A program made the translations under genes and the position numbers. Under the pieces are notes generated by a model, which saw only the letters and a list, made by a program, of their open reading frames with translations, did not search any database and had not been told where the DNA came from. This document shows positions 1 through 48,860 of a stretch of 56,308 nucleotides of DNA, in pieces (within the stretch, counting starts at the first letter, position 1; each line of letters starts with the position of its first letter). The stretch is from Octopus bimaculoides (taxonomy: Eukaryota): NCBI RefSeq assembly GCF_001194135.2, contig NC_068981.1, positions 21,984,084 through 22,040,391 of the forward strand. The letters run 5' to 3'.

Positions 1-61
<61 letters not shown>

Positions 62-329
62 ATATGTATATATATATTAATATATTACCTTCGCTTTTTA
101 AAAAATTTTGTTAACACTCCTTATATTGTTGGATAACCCTAGGCAGCCCCCTTACACAACCACCCTATTGTGTTTTCAACTCTGTTCCTTCTTTCTTTTC
201 AATCCTTCCCCATTTCCTTTTCTTTCTCCTGTTCCCTGACATACTCCCCCATCACTGCCCCTTATCATCTTTCATCCTTTCACTGAGTAACATTGTTTCC
301 TGTCACATTGGCTCTCCTGCAATAATAGG

Positions 330-620
330 GCCTGCTTCAGGGCCTCAACCTTGCAAGCAATGGAGCAACCATCACAAATGTTGGTGCCATGAGAAAAGAA
401 CCCAACACACTGTGTAAAGTGGCCGATATGAGGAAGGGTGCATGATGCAGCCCTTTAATGCATCAGACCCTGTCAAAACGTCCTGATCATCCAGTATGGA
501 AATCAAACGTTAAATGATGATGATGATGATGATGATAATGATGATGATGATGATGATGATGACGACGATGATGATGATGGTGGTGGTGGTGGTGGGGATG
601 TTGATGATGATGATGATGAA
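330..620 (+). mobile_element. Degenerate RTE-tailed repeat ending in a long (GAT)n/(GGT)n tail
   Basis: aaatcaaacgttaaatgatgatgat tail shared with copies at about 3760-3990, 13720-13900 and 39560-39997. Confidence 0.65.
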
Positions 621-914
621 AGCTATTTGACTTCATGTATTTTTATCATGCGTTACTTCATAATGTATTTTTATCATTATCATTAAAATAGAATATTCAA
701 GAGGACTTTTTAAACTAAGATTATTGACTTCTGATTATGCAACTCTCAAAGCTTAATTTTTCACTTAACCTTTCATTTCTTTTATCTTTATTCTTTCACA
801 GTAACCATTTAACTTATATTTAACTCACTCTATATACTTCTATATATCTTTTCAGAGCAAGTTGTTAAAGATAATAAAATGCTCTCTCTCTCTCTCTGAA
901 TATATATATATAGA

Positions 915-2284
915 TCAGGTCATTAAGAATGTAATGTCCAGTTTTGAACTGAAAGTTTATTTTACTTTATCTCAACAAAAAGCAAATCAGTTAATCAAAG
1001 TATTTACCTAAATTATCAACACAATTTTGCCATTTTATCAGTAGCTTATTTATTATCCTCTTTCTCTTTTCGCCCTTTTAAAGCCTAGCCAGGCTCATGG
1101 GCCCGGTTTCCTGGNNNNNNNNNNNNNNNNNNNNNNNNNNNNNNNNNNNNNNNNNNNNNNNNNNNNNNNNNNNNNNNAGCTGGACGGGATGCCAGTCCAT
1201 CGCAGCTTTACTCAAGAAACAGGAAGAAAGAGTGAGAGAAAGTTGGGGTGAAAGAGTACAACAGGGGTCACCACTACCCCCTGCCAAAGCCTCGTGGAGC
1301 TTTAGGTGTTTTCGCTCAATAAACACACACAACGCCCGGTCTGGGAATCAAAACCGCGATCCTCTGACCGCGAGTCCACTGCCCTAACCGGTGGGCCATA
1401 GCGTCTCTGCTTATTTATGCTGGCAGCAAAGAATTCTGGAGAGCAAGAGGTGATGAAATCATGAAAGGCTGTTTTTGCATCTTCTTCTGATTTGAAGTCT
1501 TTTCCTTGCAAAAAGTTGTCTAATGCCTAGAAAATGTGATAGTCAGTTGGTGCAAGGTCTGGTGAATATGGTGGATGACAGAGTACTTTCAAGTTCAGTT
1601 CTTGTAACTTGAGTAGCGTTCTTTGTGCAACAGGTGGTCAGGCATTGTCTTGCAACAGAATTGGCCTGTCTCTATTGACTAATCTCGATTGTTTAATTGC
1701 ATGTTCACTCATCATTTCATCCAACTAGTTGATGTATACATCCACTGTAATTGACTTACCAGGTCTTATGAAGCTGTGGTGGATGACACCAGTGCCGGAC
1801 CACCAAACAGATCCTGTTAGCTTTTTTTGGTGAATATTCTTTTTTTGGGGATTGTGTTTTGGCTCTTTGTCTCTATCCAGCCACCATGCAGAACAATGGT
1901 TGTAAAGAATCTATTTTTCATCATGCGTAACAATATGATGCAAAAATGGTTTGCTTTTATGCTGTAACAGCAAAGAACAACAAGCTTCAAGATGACAGAT
2001 CATTTGATGCTTGTTCAGTTCATGTGGTACTCACTTGTCCAGCTTCTTTACCTTGCCAATTTGTTTCAGATGGTCCAGTACAGTTGGAATCGAAACATTA
2101 AACCTTGCTGCTAACTCATGCATAGTCTGAGATGTATCTGCTTCCATTACAGCTTCCAGCTCATCATTATCCACCTTGGTCTCGGGTCTACCATGAAGCT
2201 GATTTTCAAGAGTAAAGTCACCAGACCAGAACTTCTCAAACTATCAACGTATAGTGTGTTTATTCACCACATCTTCACCAAACA
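915..2284 (-). mobile_element. Degenerate mariner (DD34D-type) transposon, interrupted by a SINE
   Basis: Minus strand gives VFGEDVVNKHT...GRPETKVDNDEL...LDHLKQIGKVKKLDK...VTHDEK...LLQDNA...HPPYSPDLAPTDYH...LQGKDFKSEEDAK...INK[SINE]LLIKWQNCVDNLGKYFD*, with stops and frameshifts. The 3' end abuts (TA)n near 915; the 5' end is lost at the (TA)n/N gap. Confidence 0.88.
1054..1408 (-). mobile_element. tRNA-derived SINE (family D here) with 10-bp TSD GCTTATTTAT
   Basis: TSD at 1044-1053 and 1409-1418; tRNA-like A/B-box head at the right end on the minus strand; contains N gap 1115-1177; related copies at about 46203-46344 and 55506-55805. Confidence 0.85.
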
Positions 2285-3420
2285 CCTATATATATATATA
2301 TNNNNNNNNNNTATACATATACACATACATACATATATATACATATATATACACGCGTTTTTATGTCTGTCTGTTTGTCTGTCTATCTGCCTGTCTGTAT
2401 TCATCTATGTATGTATATCAAAACAATAACTTCAAAGTTTTGGCCTTTTAACCTTCGTCAGACTGTGCTACACTTTGATTCCTTTTGGCTTTTCATAGTC
2501 TCTAGTAAGTTGTTTTTCTTGGGTAGGTGGATCTACGTGAAATGGTGCTTAGACTTGGTGTATGTAGGCCTGGAAAGTAGGTGTGTAGGAAGTGGGATAG
2601 AAGAGGATAAAAGGAAAGTATATTTACAGGGTGTGTGTTGATAGAAAGTTACTGTTGGAAGATTTTGTTTGGTTTGATCAGGGAATTGTGTTATTGTTTC
2701 AAGTTCAGTTAAGCGTGAAAGTAACTGTGTATACAGGTGTGCCTAATTCAAGCATTTCAAGTTCAGGCTATAAAATACTTTGTTTAGAAAGTTGGTCTTT
2801 ATTAGATTTCAGGGTTCATAAAAGAAGGGTTGTCAACGAATTAGTTGGTCACCCAGCAAATGTCTGATTGAGGTTGAATTGCTATTGGTATTATTTGATT
2901 TCTGAGAACGTAAGAACTGAGAGACTATACTGCTATAAATATTTATTGGGTTTTCCTTACTGGTTTTCAGCTTGGTTACTTGTGTTTATATCTGATCATT
3001 GTAGATAGATATATACATGTAACTGTATGACATTACCTGTACTTCAGATTAAAGCATGAGCATGATGTATTTTCTATTCTATAGGTATTTCAATCTATAA
3101 GGAGATATACATGTAAAAACGATATATAATTTATAAATATAACAAAATATATGCATATCAACAAATATATTCATGTATATAAATAAATGTACATATGTGC
3201 ACATATAAGAAATGCCAACATGGATGTATGTACAGATATACTTATGAGTGTGTGTCTGTGTGTACACACACAGACAGACACACACACACATACATATATG
3301 TATAATACATATATAATATATACATATATATCATCATCATTTAACATCCATTCTCAAATATTATACATACATACATACATACATACATACATACATACAT
3401 GTATATATATNNNNNNNNNN

Positions 3421-3452
<32 letters not shown>

Positions 3453-4499
3453 GCACTTATTTTAGAAAATTTGATGAGAATTTGGGTTGAAAATTGCGGA
3501 ACTAAAATATAATCTCTACAAGACTTGTTTTGTGTAAAGCCGTAATGTAAGCTTTGACGTATATTATGGAGATAGTTTATGGTGAAGGTGAAGTGGGAGA
3601 AAAAAGTTGATGAGATATTTTCATGTTTGACTGTTTGATTTGAAATATTTTAGCATTTGGAAGATTTTGTGCTTCCAAGAAATGAGTAATTGAGAATTTC
3701 AGTTCAGAGTTTGAGTCTCGAATGTGAGAATGTTGTAGCATTCATTAGTACAAAGTTGGCAGGGTCTGTTGTTTCCAGTCTGCCATGGAAGCATATTCAG
3801 TCGTGGAAGAAATATTACGTTGGGAGAAATATTACCTTGCTTGGGAACACATAAGGGTTGGCGACAGAAAGGGTATCCAGTTGTAAGAAAAATCTGGCTG
3901 AATAAATTTCGTCTAATTCAAGCAAAAATGAGAAACTGGATGTTCAAACGACGACGACGACGATGACGATGATGATGATGATGATGAAGATGGTGGTTTA
4001 TCCGACCAATTAAGCCCGTCTATAAGGGTAAGAACAAGAGTTCTCTCCCTTGCAGTTAACACCCGCAATATTTGTTAATTAGGAGAATAACGGTTTCAAA
4101 GTGCATTCATTTCACTTAAAGAAAATAAAAACTGACTTAAGCTGTTCGTTCTTTAAACAGTACTCTTTATAATGTGTCTGTAAGAAGCATCAAATGGATG
4201 TGGAAATAAACAAAACGTCAGTAGCCAAAGCCTCTTGCTGTCAACTCTTACAATGTTATCATATTTCTAACTACAATTACATCGTTCAATCCATCGACAC
4301 TTGTTTAAAGACTGCACTGCACTGCACTGCACAGACTAATTTTAGATTATGCATAAAGACAAAAAAATGAGAGGCATTAACGAAAGACAAGTAGATGCAA
4401 TATGAAGGTTGATGAGATGCATAACTATTTCTACGAGAAAAAAATAATCGACTATCTTGTGAACGATAAAGACAATTATTTTGGTTACTCATTCCATCT

Positions 4500-4585
4500 C
4501 TCACTGATTTTTCTTACATTCTTTTCTTCCTCCCCCTCCTCCTCCCTTTATTCGTCTGCCTGACAGTCTCTGCCTGTCTTCCTCC

Positions 4586-4617
<32 letters not shown>

Positions 4618-4727
4618 TATCTCCTCTCTCTATTCCTCACTCACTCCGTCGTTGTTTCTCTTTCCACATATTTTCTCCTGATAACGATCATTCCTCTTCA
4701 TTACATCTGACTTTGATTCATTTGAAA
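4500..4727 (+). promoter_or_regulatory. Probable ACY1 proximal promoter / 5' UTR, pyrimidine-rich with a (CT)n tract
   Basis: TE-free CT-rich stretch directly upstream of the ATG; no AG acceptor just before the ATG; TSS cannot be placed from sequence. Confidence 0.35.
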
Positions 4728-40199
<35,472 letters not shown>

Positions 40200-40502
40200 T
40201 TCTCCATTTATACATATAAAAGTTTGTTCTCCTGCATGATCTCAGCTGTAACGAAAAGATAATGTTTGGAAGAAAATGAAAAAGAAATAGAGGGAATCTG
40301 AAATAAGTGAATTACATATTTAATTATATGTACATGTTTTCATGCATACATATACAAGTACATTGTGTGTGTATGTGTGTGTGTGCATGTGTGTGTGTGT
40401 ATATCTATCCACTCTACCAATGTACTCTTCCAATGTACTGAGTTCTATATTTCAGATAATGATTGCAGTAAAATATATTTTTATATACCTTACAACTCTT
40501 AC

Positions 40503-40540
<38 letters not shown>

Positions 40541-42214
40541 AAATTATAATAAGGGTGTTGAATGATTACAACACCAGTCTTTATAAAATTATTTTATAAT
40601 TCCTCGCTGTCTATTTTCCTCGCTTACAACCTTGTGTAGTGGAGTAATAATCTAAGTGATTCATAGACCATTTGGGGTCCATTTCTAGCAGACTGGTGTT
40701 TTAATCATTCAACACTCTTATAATTTTAATATAAATTAACCATTATAATATTTTTAGTATGCTTGCCACTGATAAATCATTAAATAATGATTTTATCCTA
40801 ATTATGTATGAAAATATATATATAAATATACATATATTTGTTTTCTATCAAATTATTATAAAAACGATTTTATATGAAACTGAGGAAGTATTCAATATTC
40901 TTTTGTAGAGTGCATATCATTTTTTAACAAGAATTGACAGTGACTTCAAAGTTTCAGCCTGCTAGGCCAAGCCATAACTTTGAAATCACCGTCAGTACTA
41001 TTCTTGTTAAAGAATAATATATGTAACATTTTTCATCATGTGTAAGGTAAAGAAAGATCACATTTCCAAACCATGGTTTCATTCTGTCAATCTTTTAATC
41101 AACTGCACAACTCATCAGTGACTGAGAAGGACTGAAACGTTGTGAACTGTGATTGTTTCTGATTGAATGAAATATATATGGGGTCCACATATGTAATCCT
41201 TGTATATTTTACATATATGAGTAAACATATGCCAGACCTATACACAAATTTGTACTTAACGTTGTGTATATATAACACCCACTTCACATACTCACAGGCA
41301 CTAATACACGCACACACACACACACACACATATGCATGCATGCTTGTATGTATGTGTAAATGTACATACTTTATTTCAATCTCTGTTGCAGATTATGATT
41401 TTTAAAAATTAAATTATATATTTTTATATATTCACCTTCTGAAATCTTGACAATTTGAAAATATCAGATATTTCGATGTAAATTTAAATCGGAGAGAAAT
41501 TATTCATTAAAATTCTTTTTGTTTTCTCTTTCTTTACAAAAAAAAAAAAAAATTACCCTAATCATGATATATGTATTATGTATGAGATAATATATTCTCA
41601 GAATTACCGACTCCAAGTGCTGAATTATGGCCACTGTCAGTTTATAATATACACCAAAATATTTTGTTAACAGCGTGTCAACAATTCTTGGCAGAATTCT
41701 GCTTTATGCACAGCATATAACTCCTCATAGCTTTTTAATTTTTTGGTATTTTCAGAAAAGTTTTGCGGATTTGTATTCTACAAACAGGAATTCATACAAT
41801 TATGCAAAAACCAAAATAAAAAATAATTTTGTTGTGTGATTTAAGGTCTATTTAGTTGTTATTTTTAGCACATCTCATGACAGTGAGCATTGCTGAACTT
41901 TTATTGGACAAACTAGGTGACAATGTATAGTTTTTTTATTCTTGTTTCTACTTCTAAGTGGTTGACTTTGTCTTGCCTTCTGATAGGCAAACAGAATAAT
42001 TTGAAGCAAACAGAATAATGTACATTGCCAAGGGGATCAACTGGATGTCTATAATAAGGCTTGAACTTTTGACAGGGTGCTTCAGTTGTGCAGCAACTTC
42101 ACTTATTTTACCAAAAGTCATATTTCACTTGCTGTTACTTTTAGTATATAACATTGCATTTTTCAACCTACTGCTAGATAAAGAGAAATACTTAATTTTA
42201 TAACTATTTTCGAA

Positions 42215-42687
<473 letters not shown>

Positions 42688-43289
42688 GTAATTAAAAAAA
42701 AAAACACTCTATTGTACTGTCATCACCATCGTCATAACTTAACATCCAATTTTCCTTGCTTGCATGGGTCAAATGGGATTTTTCTCAAGCTGGATGCCTT
42801 TCCTGTCACCAAGCCTCATCTGTTTCCTAGCAAGGTAATATTTCCCATGGCCAAACACGTTTTTCACAGAAGACTGGAAATGAACAATATCAGATGGTAA
42901 TGCTCATTTACAACCATCAGATGATGTCTAGACATGGGTAAACACACACATACACATGCACATGTATATACATATATAGGCATAGACATGGCTGTGTGGT
43001 TAAGAAGTTTGCTTTCCAACCACATGGTTCCAGGTTCAGTTTCACTATGTGACATCTTGGACAAGTGCCTTCTACTCTAGCCCTGGTTTGGTAGATGAAA
43101 AATTGAAAGAAGTCCATTATATACATATACGTGTATATATCATCATTGTCGTTTAACGTCTGCTTTCCATGCTAGCATGGGTTGGACGATTTGACTGAGG
43201 ACTGGTGGACCAGGAGGCGACACCAGGCTCCAATCTAATTTGGCAGAGTTTCTACAGCTGGATGCCCTTCCTAACGCCAACAACTCTGG

Positions 43290-43327
<38 letters not shown>

Positions 43328-45196
43328 ATTTGTGTCCCATTGTCTTGACATCATTTGATTGTTGTAAATGAATGCCCTTCATTTCTAATATTCTTCAAAA
43401 ATACTTGTCTGCCTGGCCATGGGGAAATGTTACCTTGCTTGGACAGGTGAAGGTTAGCAACAAGACAGGTATCCAGCCATAGAAAATCTGGTTTAAAAAA
43501 CTCTGTCTGACCCATTCAAGCATGTGAAAGTGGCTAATGGTCATGATGACCATGAATATGATCATGATACAGACACACATACAATGGATTTCTTTCACTT
43601 TTTGTTTACCAAATCCATTCACAAGCCTTTAGTCAGTCAAGGGTTACAGTAGAAGACTATTACTCAATTTGCCATGCTATGGGATTGAACCCAAGATCGT
43701 ATGGTTGAGAAGTGAGCTTCTCAAGCATGCAACTATGCCAGCATCTATAGCCACACCTATATCTAGTGTGAAAAATTGAATCAATTCCATATGTTTGTGG
43801 GTGGTAGGGATGGGGGCAGAACCCCATAAAATGTATTTTTGTAATGTTACAATCACCATTGAGAAGTTGGATTGTGCTTCTCAATCCTGGAATGTGAGGC
43901 TGGTCGACATTCTTTAGTTATTGATTATGTCTGAATTTGAAGAGACATGAAGTGTAAACCGTATTCTTAATAGTTAATTGGCACAGTTTCATTGGTAAGT
44001 TTTGATGTTAGTCCAAGCTGCCTGGAAACATATCTGGCTGGTAATTATCAAGTGGTTCTGGACAACTGACCAACTTTTATTAACTTGCCATATGTATAGT
44101 AGAAGGAAAAAAGGTGTATAGATTTGTGTTCTCACTTTTGTTTAGCCCCAGGTCACTCCTGATTGAGTAAATTCATGATCAAAAGGCATTCCAGCCAAGA
44201 CTTTTTGTATACCTAGTACTACATTTTACTTAATGCAGTAAATTATGATCTGTGAGAGATTTGGCTGCTATTTCCAGTAAGTCAAGTGACTATGTAGAGG
44301 TTCTCATTGGCTTACATATTTATGTGTTTATGTGTTGTTATGCTTGAACTTTTTTACTTGTCTATAATGTATGCTAAAAATTAGCATCATTAATGTAAGT
44401 GTAAAACAAAAATTGTTAGGTGATTTAACGAACTGGAAATTTATTGTATTTTTGCTTATTTTCTACCAATATATTTAGGGTTTGCTTTTGGTTTTGGTAA
44501 ACGGATTCTAGTATTGCAAGTAACATACCAAATTTTTTTTTTAAATGTATCTTTTATAAGAAAATAATCTTTGATTGGGAAATTCTTAGCTGTTCTTTAG
44601 TTTAGCCATTATGAATAAGGCCATGCTGTATTGACATCGAGCTGTACAGGTTTTTTTTTGGGGGGGGGGGAGTCCATTAAAATTCCATAATTCCATTTAC
44701 ATTTCAAATACTTGAGAGGAATATAAATTGACTGACATTTTATTTTATGGATTCTGAAAGGATAAAAGTTGGTCTCAATGTGATTTGAACTCAGAATCAC
44801 AGAGTCATAGATAAAACACTGCAGGCAGTGCTGGTGCCACAATAAAATATATGCAGTACAATACTCTGTTAAATGGTTAAAGGATGAGTAGAGATATTGT
44901 AAGGTTTAGAGGACTTCATAGTTTTGTGTGCTGGGGGAATGACAACCTCTCTCATGCTGAAGCCATCATAAAATGTATGCAATATACTTTGTAATGTGGT
45001 TGACAAATAAATGGGAGACATTTCAGGTGCAAGTGTGGCTGTGTGTTTAAGAAGTTTGCTCCCCAACTACATGGTCTTGGGTTCACTTCCACTGTGCGGT
45101 ATCTTGGGTTGTGTCTTCTATTATAGCTTTGGGCTGACCAATGATTTGTGAGTGAATTCGGTAGACAACACTTATGAGTGAGCTACTCCTATAATA

Positions 45197-46122
45197 TGAG
45201 GTGCGTTCAAAAAGTATACGTCTTTATTTTGACCTGCCAAAACTAATGCTGCGTGGGCAAAATCCTTTGGATGGGAGGTGACTCCACCCTTCCAGCGTAT
45301 GTGTGAAGATGTTCACGCAAGCAGACCGCGTCAGTTCCTGGCTGTTACGCCGAGAGTACAGATGTGTTGTGCGCGCTTGTCCGATTTTCATTTTTATGCA
45401 AGATTACTAAATGCATCGAACAGAGACTGTAAACTCATGTTCCATCACCAGTGATGATGGTCTTCATGAAGTCTAGGTTGTGGTTTGCACAATCCAGGAA
45501 GTCCTGATCGATTTCCATGCGGGGTTGCTTCTGCTGCTCTGTCAGCACCTTGGGGACGAATTTTACCAACACACTCCGCAAGCACAAAACTTTCGTTAAA
45601 ATGGAATGCACTGATTCTGTACTTATTTCCACTTCGTGAGCAATTTCTTGGATTGTTACTCGACAGTCTTCCTTGAATATTCGCCGAACCATCTCAATCG
45701 GTTCCTCAGTTCAGCTTGTGAATGACCTGCCTGAGCGTGCCGCGCTTTTCACTGAGGTGCGGCCATGTTTGAAGCGGTTCATCAATCACTCTTATATCTG
45801 ATCTGAGTTTTGCCCATGGCATCATCCCCAGAGGTCCGCTGAATCGTCTGGATGGTCTGAGCCTGAGTATCATCAAGCTTTTGGCAAAACTTGATGCAAT
45901 ATCTCTGCTCGATCTGTTCGGTGAAAACGAAAATCCGAAGAACGCGCGCTACACGTCTTTACTCCAGGCGTAACAGCTAAGAACTAATGCGGTCTACCGT
46001 CGCAAAAAATTTCTCGCATGCGCAGGAAGGATGGCTTTATCCTCCATCCAAAGGATTTTGGCCATGCAGCATTAGTTTTGGCGGGAAAAAAATAAAGCTG
46101 GATACTTTTTGAATGCACCTTG
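45197..46122 (-). mobile_element. Non-autonomous mariner derivative with about 200-230-nt inverted repeats and TA TSD, nested in a family A SINE
   Basis: TA at 45195-45196 and 46123-46124; minus-strand transposase N-half YCIKFCQKLDDTQAQTI...NRFKHGRTSVKSAARSGRS...DCRVTIQEIAHEVEIS...KFVPKVLTEQQK...IITGD, then truncated. Confidence 0.92.
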
Positions 46123-47469
46123 TATGTATGTGTGTGTGTGTGTGTCTTTGTATTGTGTTTGTCCCCCATCACAGTTTGATAACTTTACTTACTTATCGCC
46201 CTTTCAAAGCCCAGCCAGGCTCATAGGCCCGGTTTCTATGGCGTATGTGTTCCCTCCCAGCTGGACGGGACGCCAGTCCATCGCAGCGTTACTCAAGAAA
46301 TAGGAAGAAAGAGTGAGAGAAAGTTGGGGCGAAAGAGTACAACATTTTTCAACATTTTTCTTATTGAAACTATGAATAAGTCCAGAACTGAGATGGTTAT
46401 GATGCTACCATTGCTATTATAAAAATCTTTCTGAAGCAAGCAATGAAGTCTACAGCAGGCTGCTTAGCAACAAGATGCACCAACCACAAGAAGATATCGA
46501 TCGTTTTGTTCACGCTCTTCAAGCTTTATTTTGAGATTGCATTAAATGCTAACGAACAAGTGATATTTTTTAATTGCAGGGAGACATTCGTTTTGAGATT
46601 TCTCGAAAATTCTGTATACAACTAAGCTAAAACTCTTGACTCTGCAAAAATACCCGCTATTGAGTAGGAAATTCCGTCAGTCAACGTTATCTAACTTTCT
46701 CGGAAATTGGGAGCTGAAGGCGAACAGGCAGATGTTTATAAGATGTATGTAAAATATTTCATACAATCATGGATGACGACAGTACGAAATATGGCAAACG
46801 TAGTCAGAATTAGAAAAGTAGAGCAGCTAAAGAGGGAATGTGCTATTTAATTATGATATTTCATGTTATGAGTTCAAATGCCTCCGAAATCAACTTCACT
46901 TTAAACCTCTGGGATCAGTATAATAAGATATCAGTCAAATATTTGAGTTGATTTAATTGAATATACTCTCCTGCGTAATTTATATAGCCTTGTGTTAATT
47001 GTAAAAAAATCACGAAAATTTTGAACTTTAACTGAAATATTTGTTTACTTTACAAGTCAGAAACGTCAAGCTAAATATAATTTATTTAAACTGTTTATTG
47101 TTTTGATGTCATCTCATATTCGGAAACATAAGTATCTATAAGTGCTGTTGTACAGGATATGAGAGTACTCTGTAAAATATACTGAGGAGTTGTTGGTTTA
47201 AGGACTCTCAGATGTAGGTTTGGCCAAATATCAGAACATGGAAATACTTTTAAAAAAACTATAGATAAAGTATCCTCTTTATTCTGAGTGTGTGTGTGCA
47301 TATATGCATACTAACATGCATTTGTGGATCTAATTCCATGCTGGACTATGTTTCTTTTCCTTTATATTATTTAGAATTCTTCCCCGAAAGAAGGCGCCGG
47401 TTTCTAATAAAGAAACTAAAGCTCTAGTGCAGGAATTTTGGTAGCAACAACGATAACTGAATGTTGAGC

Positions 47470-47630
47470 CATAGGAAAGTCTTTTATTGTTCCACTTACA
47501 GATTGCATTTATTAAATACTTGTTAGCCGATCTCTTTCTTCGATTGAAAATCTTAACCTCTTTACATTGTCACTGAGACTAATATAACCAAGTGCATCAA
47601 TAATTGTTGGTATTAACGAGAATTTGAAAC
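47470..47630 (-). mobile_element. RLE-type (R4/Dong-like) LINE C-terminal relic
   Basis: FKFSLIPTIIDALGYISLSDNVKRLRFSIEERDRL...MQSVSGTIK resembles the IPxxxGALG...SVSGTVK ends of RLE elements. Confidence 0.55.
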
Positions 47631-48025
47631 TTTTCAGGTGAAACTTGAAGAAATCAATGAGACCTCTACCAAACAGGAATGTATCTGTCTTCATGCCTTT
47701 CAGCCTTGTCCACCAAACAACCTCTTTCACTACAGCCATCAGGCAAAGGAAAACTGCTTTGCCTGCCCGACTGAAGGAGGGCGGCGGGGCGATCATCACT
47801 ACAAGCTCGGCCGACAGACGGATCCGTCCAAAACGTGACAGCAGCTGTTCCACAAGTCAGCAATGCCCGCATACTGAACGAGGGCGCGCAGATCAGTTTC
47901 GTCACTCTGCGCGCACCTCGGACAAGCCCGTCTGACAGCACATTCGTGTCTGTAAAGCTTATCTCAAACCGGTAGCACCGCCAGGCCAATGACATCTGGA
48001 AATTATCCATGATAGTTCCCAACCG
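47630..48025 (-). mobile_element. L1/Tx1-like ORF2 C-terminal relic with decayed zinc knuckle
   Basis: across frameshifts: MDNFQMSLAWRCYR..DKLYRH..AVRRACPRCAQSDETDLRALVQY...EQLLSR...VFLCLMAVVKEVVWWTRLKG...FFKFHLK (CxxC-x8-H-x4-C spacing with H and last C mutated). Confidence 0.65.
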
Positions 48026-48081
48026 GAAACAAAACCTAGTGTATGTATGTATATTAGTTTAACGCTCGGTAAAAGGAGAAA

Positions 48082-48120
48082 TTCGTTAAGGTTTCGAGCA
48101 TAACTCTTCGTCGGAAAGAA
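48082..48120 (-). ncRNA. Degenerate hammerhead-like motif of the CYGANGAAG...CGAAAC type
   Basis: minus strand TTCTTT-CCGACGA-A-GAG(ttatg)CTC-GAAAC-CTT-AACGAA. Confidence 0.35.
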
Positions 48121-48239
48121 AAAAGTCCAAAGAGAAAGAAGGAAAAATCGCCAACAATCCACGTGCGGTTACATTTCTGAAGTGACCGGAAGTGTATGTA
48201 TGTATGTGTAAAAGATTAAAGATTAGTTGTCGATTCCTT

Positions 48240-48860
48240 TAAATATCTGGGCAGCATGGTTAACTCAAAATGAACTCTGGACACAGAAATTGTATCATGC
48301 GTTCAAAAAGCAGCAAAGTATTTTGGTTCTTCTGGGAATCGTGTGTAGTTACAGTATATTAAGGTCAGAGCAAAACTTTTGATTTGTTGTGCATTTGTAC
48401 TATCCTTCCTTCTTAATTCAGCGGAAACATAAACTATATACAGGCACCACGTAAAATCCTTAGAATGCCTTCACCAAAAGTGTCTTGGCCAAATTCTGAG
48501 GATTAGCTGGAAATGGTTTACACCAGATACAGAGGTTTAAGAGAGCAGGAATCTCATCATTTATCACTCTGCTGGTTTCTGATCAGCTAAGGTGGACTGA
48601 CCATTTATACAGATGGGGGATGAGCATATACCACAGCAGGGTTTTTTTTATGGCGAGCTATCTGTTGGGAAGCGAAAGCAGCGCAAACGAACAGTACAGT
48701 ATAATGCTTTGTTAAAAACCAATCTCGGTGAGTTGAATATACCATACAAAGATGCTGAACCCAAAAGATCTGGTCTGGGATAAAATATTTTGAAGATAGG
48801 AAACAAATGGATGCAAAAATGAAAAGAGAACTACGGGAAAATAACACCTTGCAAAACACA
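48240..48860 (+). mobile_element. Old RTE LINE relic (RT thumb region) with stops and frameshifts
   Basis: KYLGSMVNS..TLDTEIVSCVQKAAK...SAET.TIYRHHVKSLECLHQKCLGQILRISWK...QLRWTDHL...YGELSVGKR. Confidence 0.8.

Noticed and set aside
2480-3000. Possible LINE/Penelope coding relic on the minus strand
   Set aside because: Composition is suggestive, but no diagnostic motif could be recovered by eye.
4286-4504. Divergent minus-strand ORF upstream of ACY1
   Set aside because: Short, no recognisable motif and no supporting exons; a non-coding divergent transcript cannot be assessed from sequence.
40200-41820. Specific ACY1 poly(A) site
   Set aside because: Several candidate hexamers (ATTAAA about 40779, AATAAA 41815-41820) in very AT-rich DNA; cannot choose without 3'-end data.
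46400-46750. Possible exon of a downstream gene (ttgcag acceptor near 46580; open stretch SNEVYSRLLSNKMHQPQEDIDRFVHALQALF)
   Set aside because: All frames close quickly, no matching donor or neighbouring exons, and no recognisable homology.
47900-48200. GC-rich island with CCAAT and CCGGAAGT motifs as the promoter or first exon of a second gene
   Set aside because: The GC-rich part is explained by the L1/Tx1-like relic, and no downstream exon chain was found on either strand.
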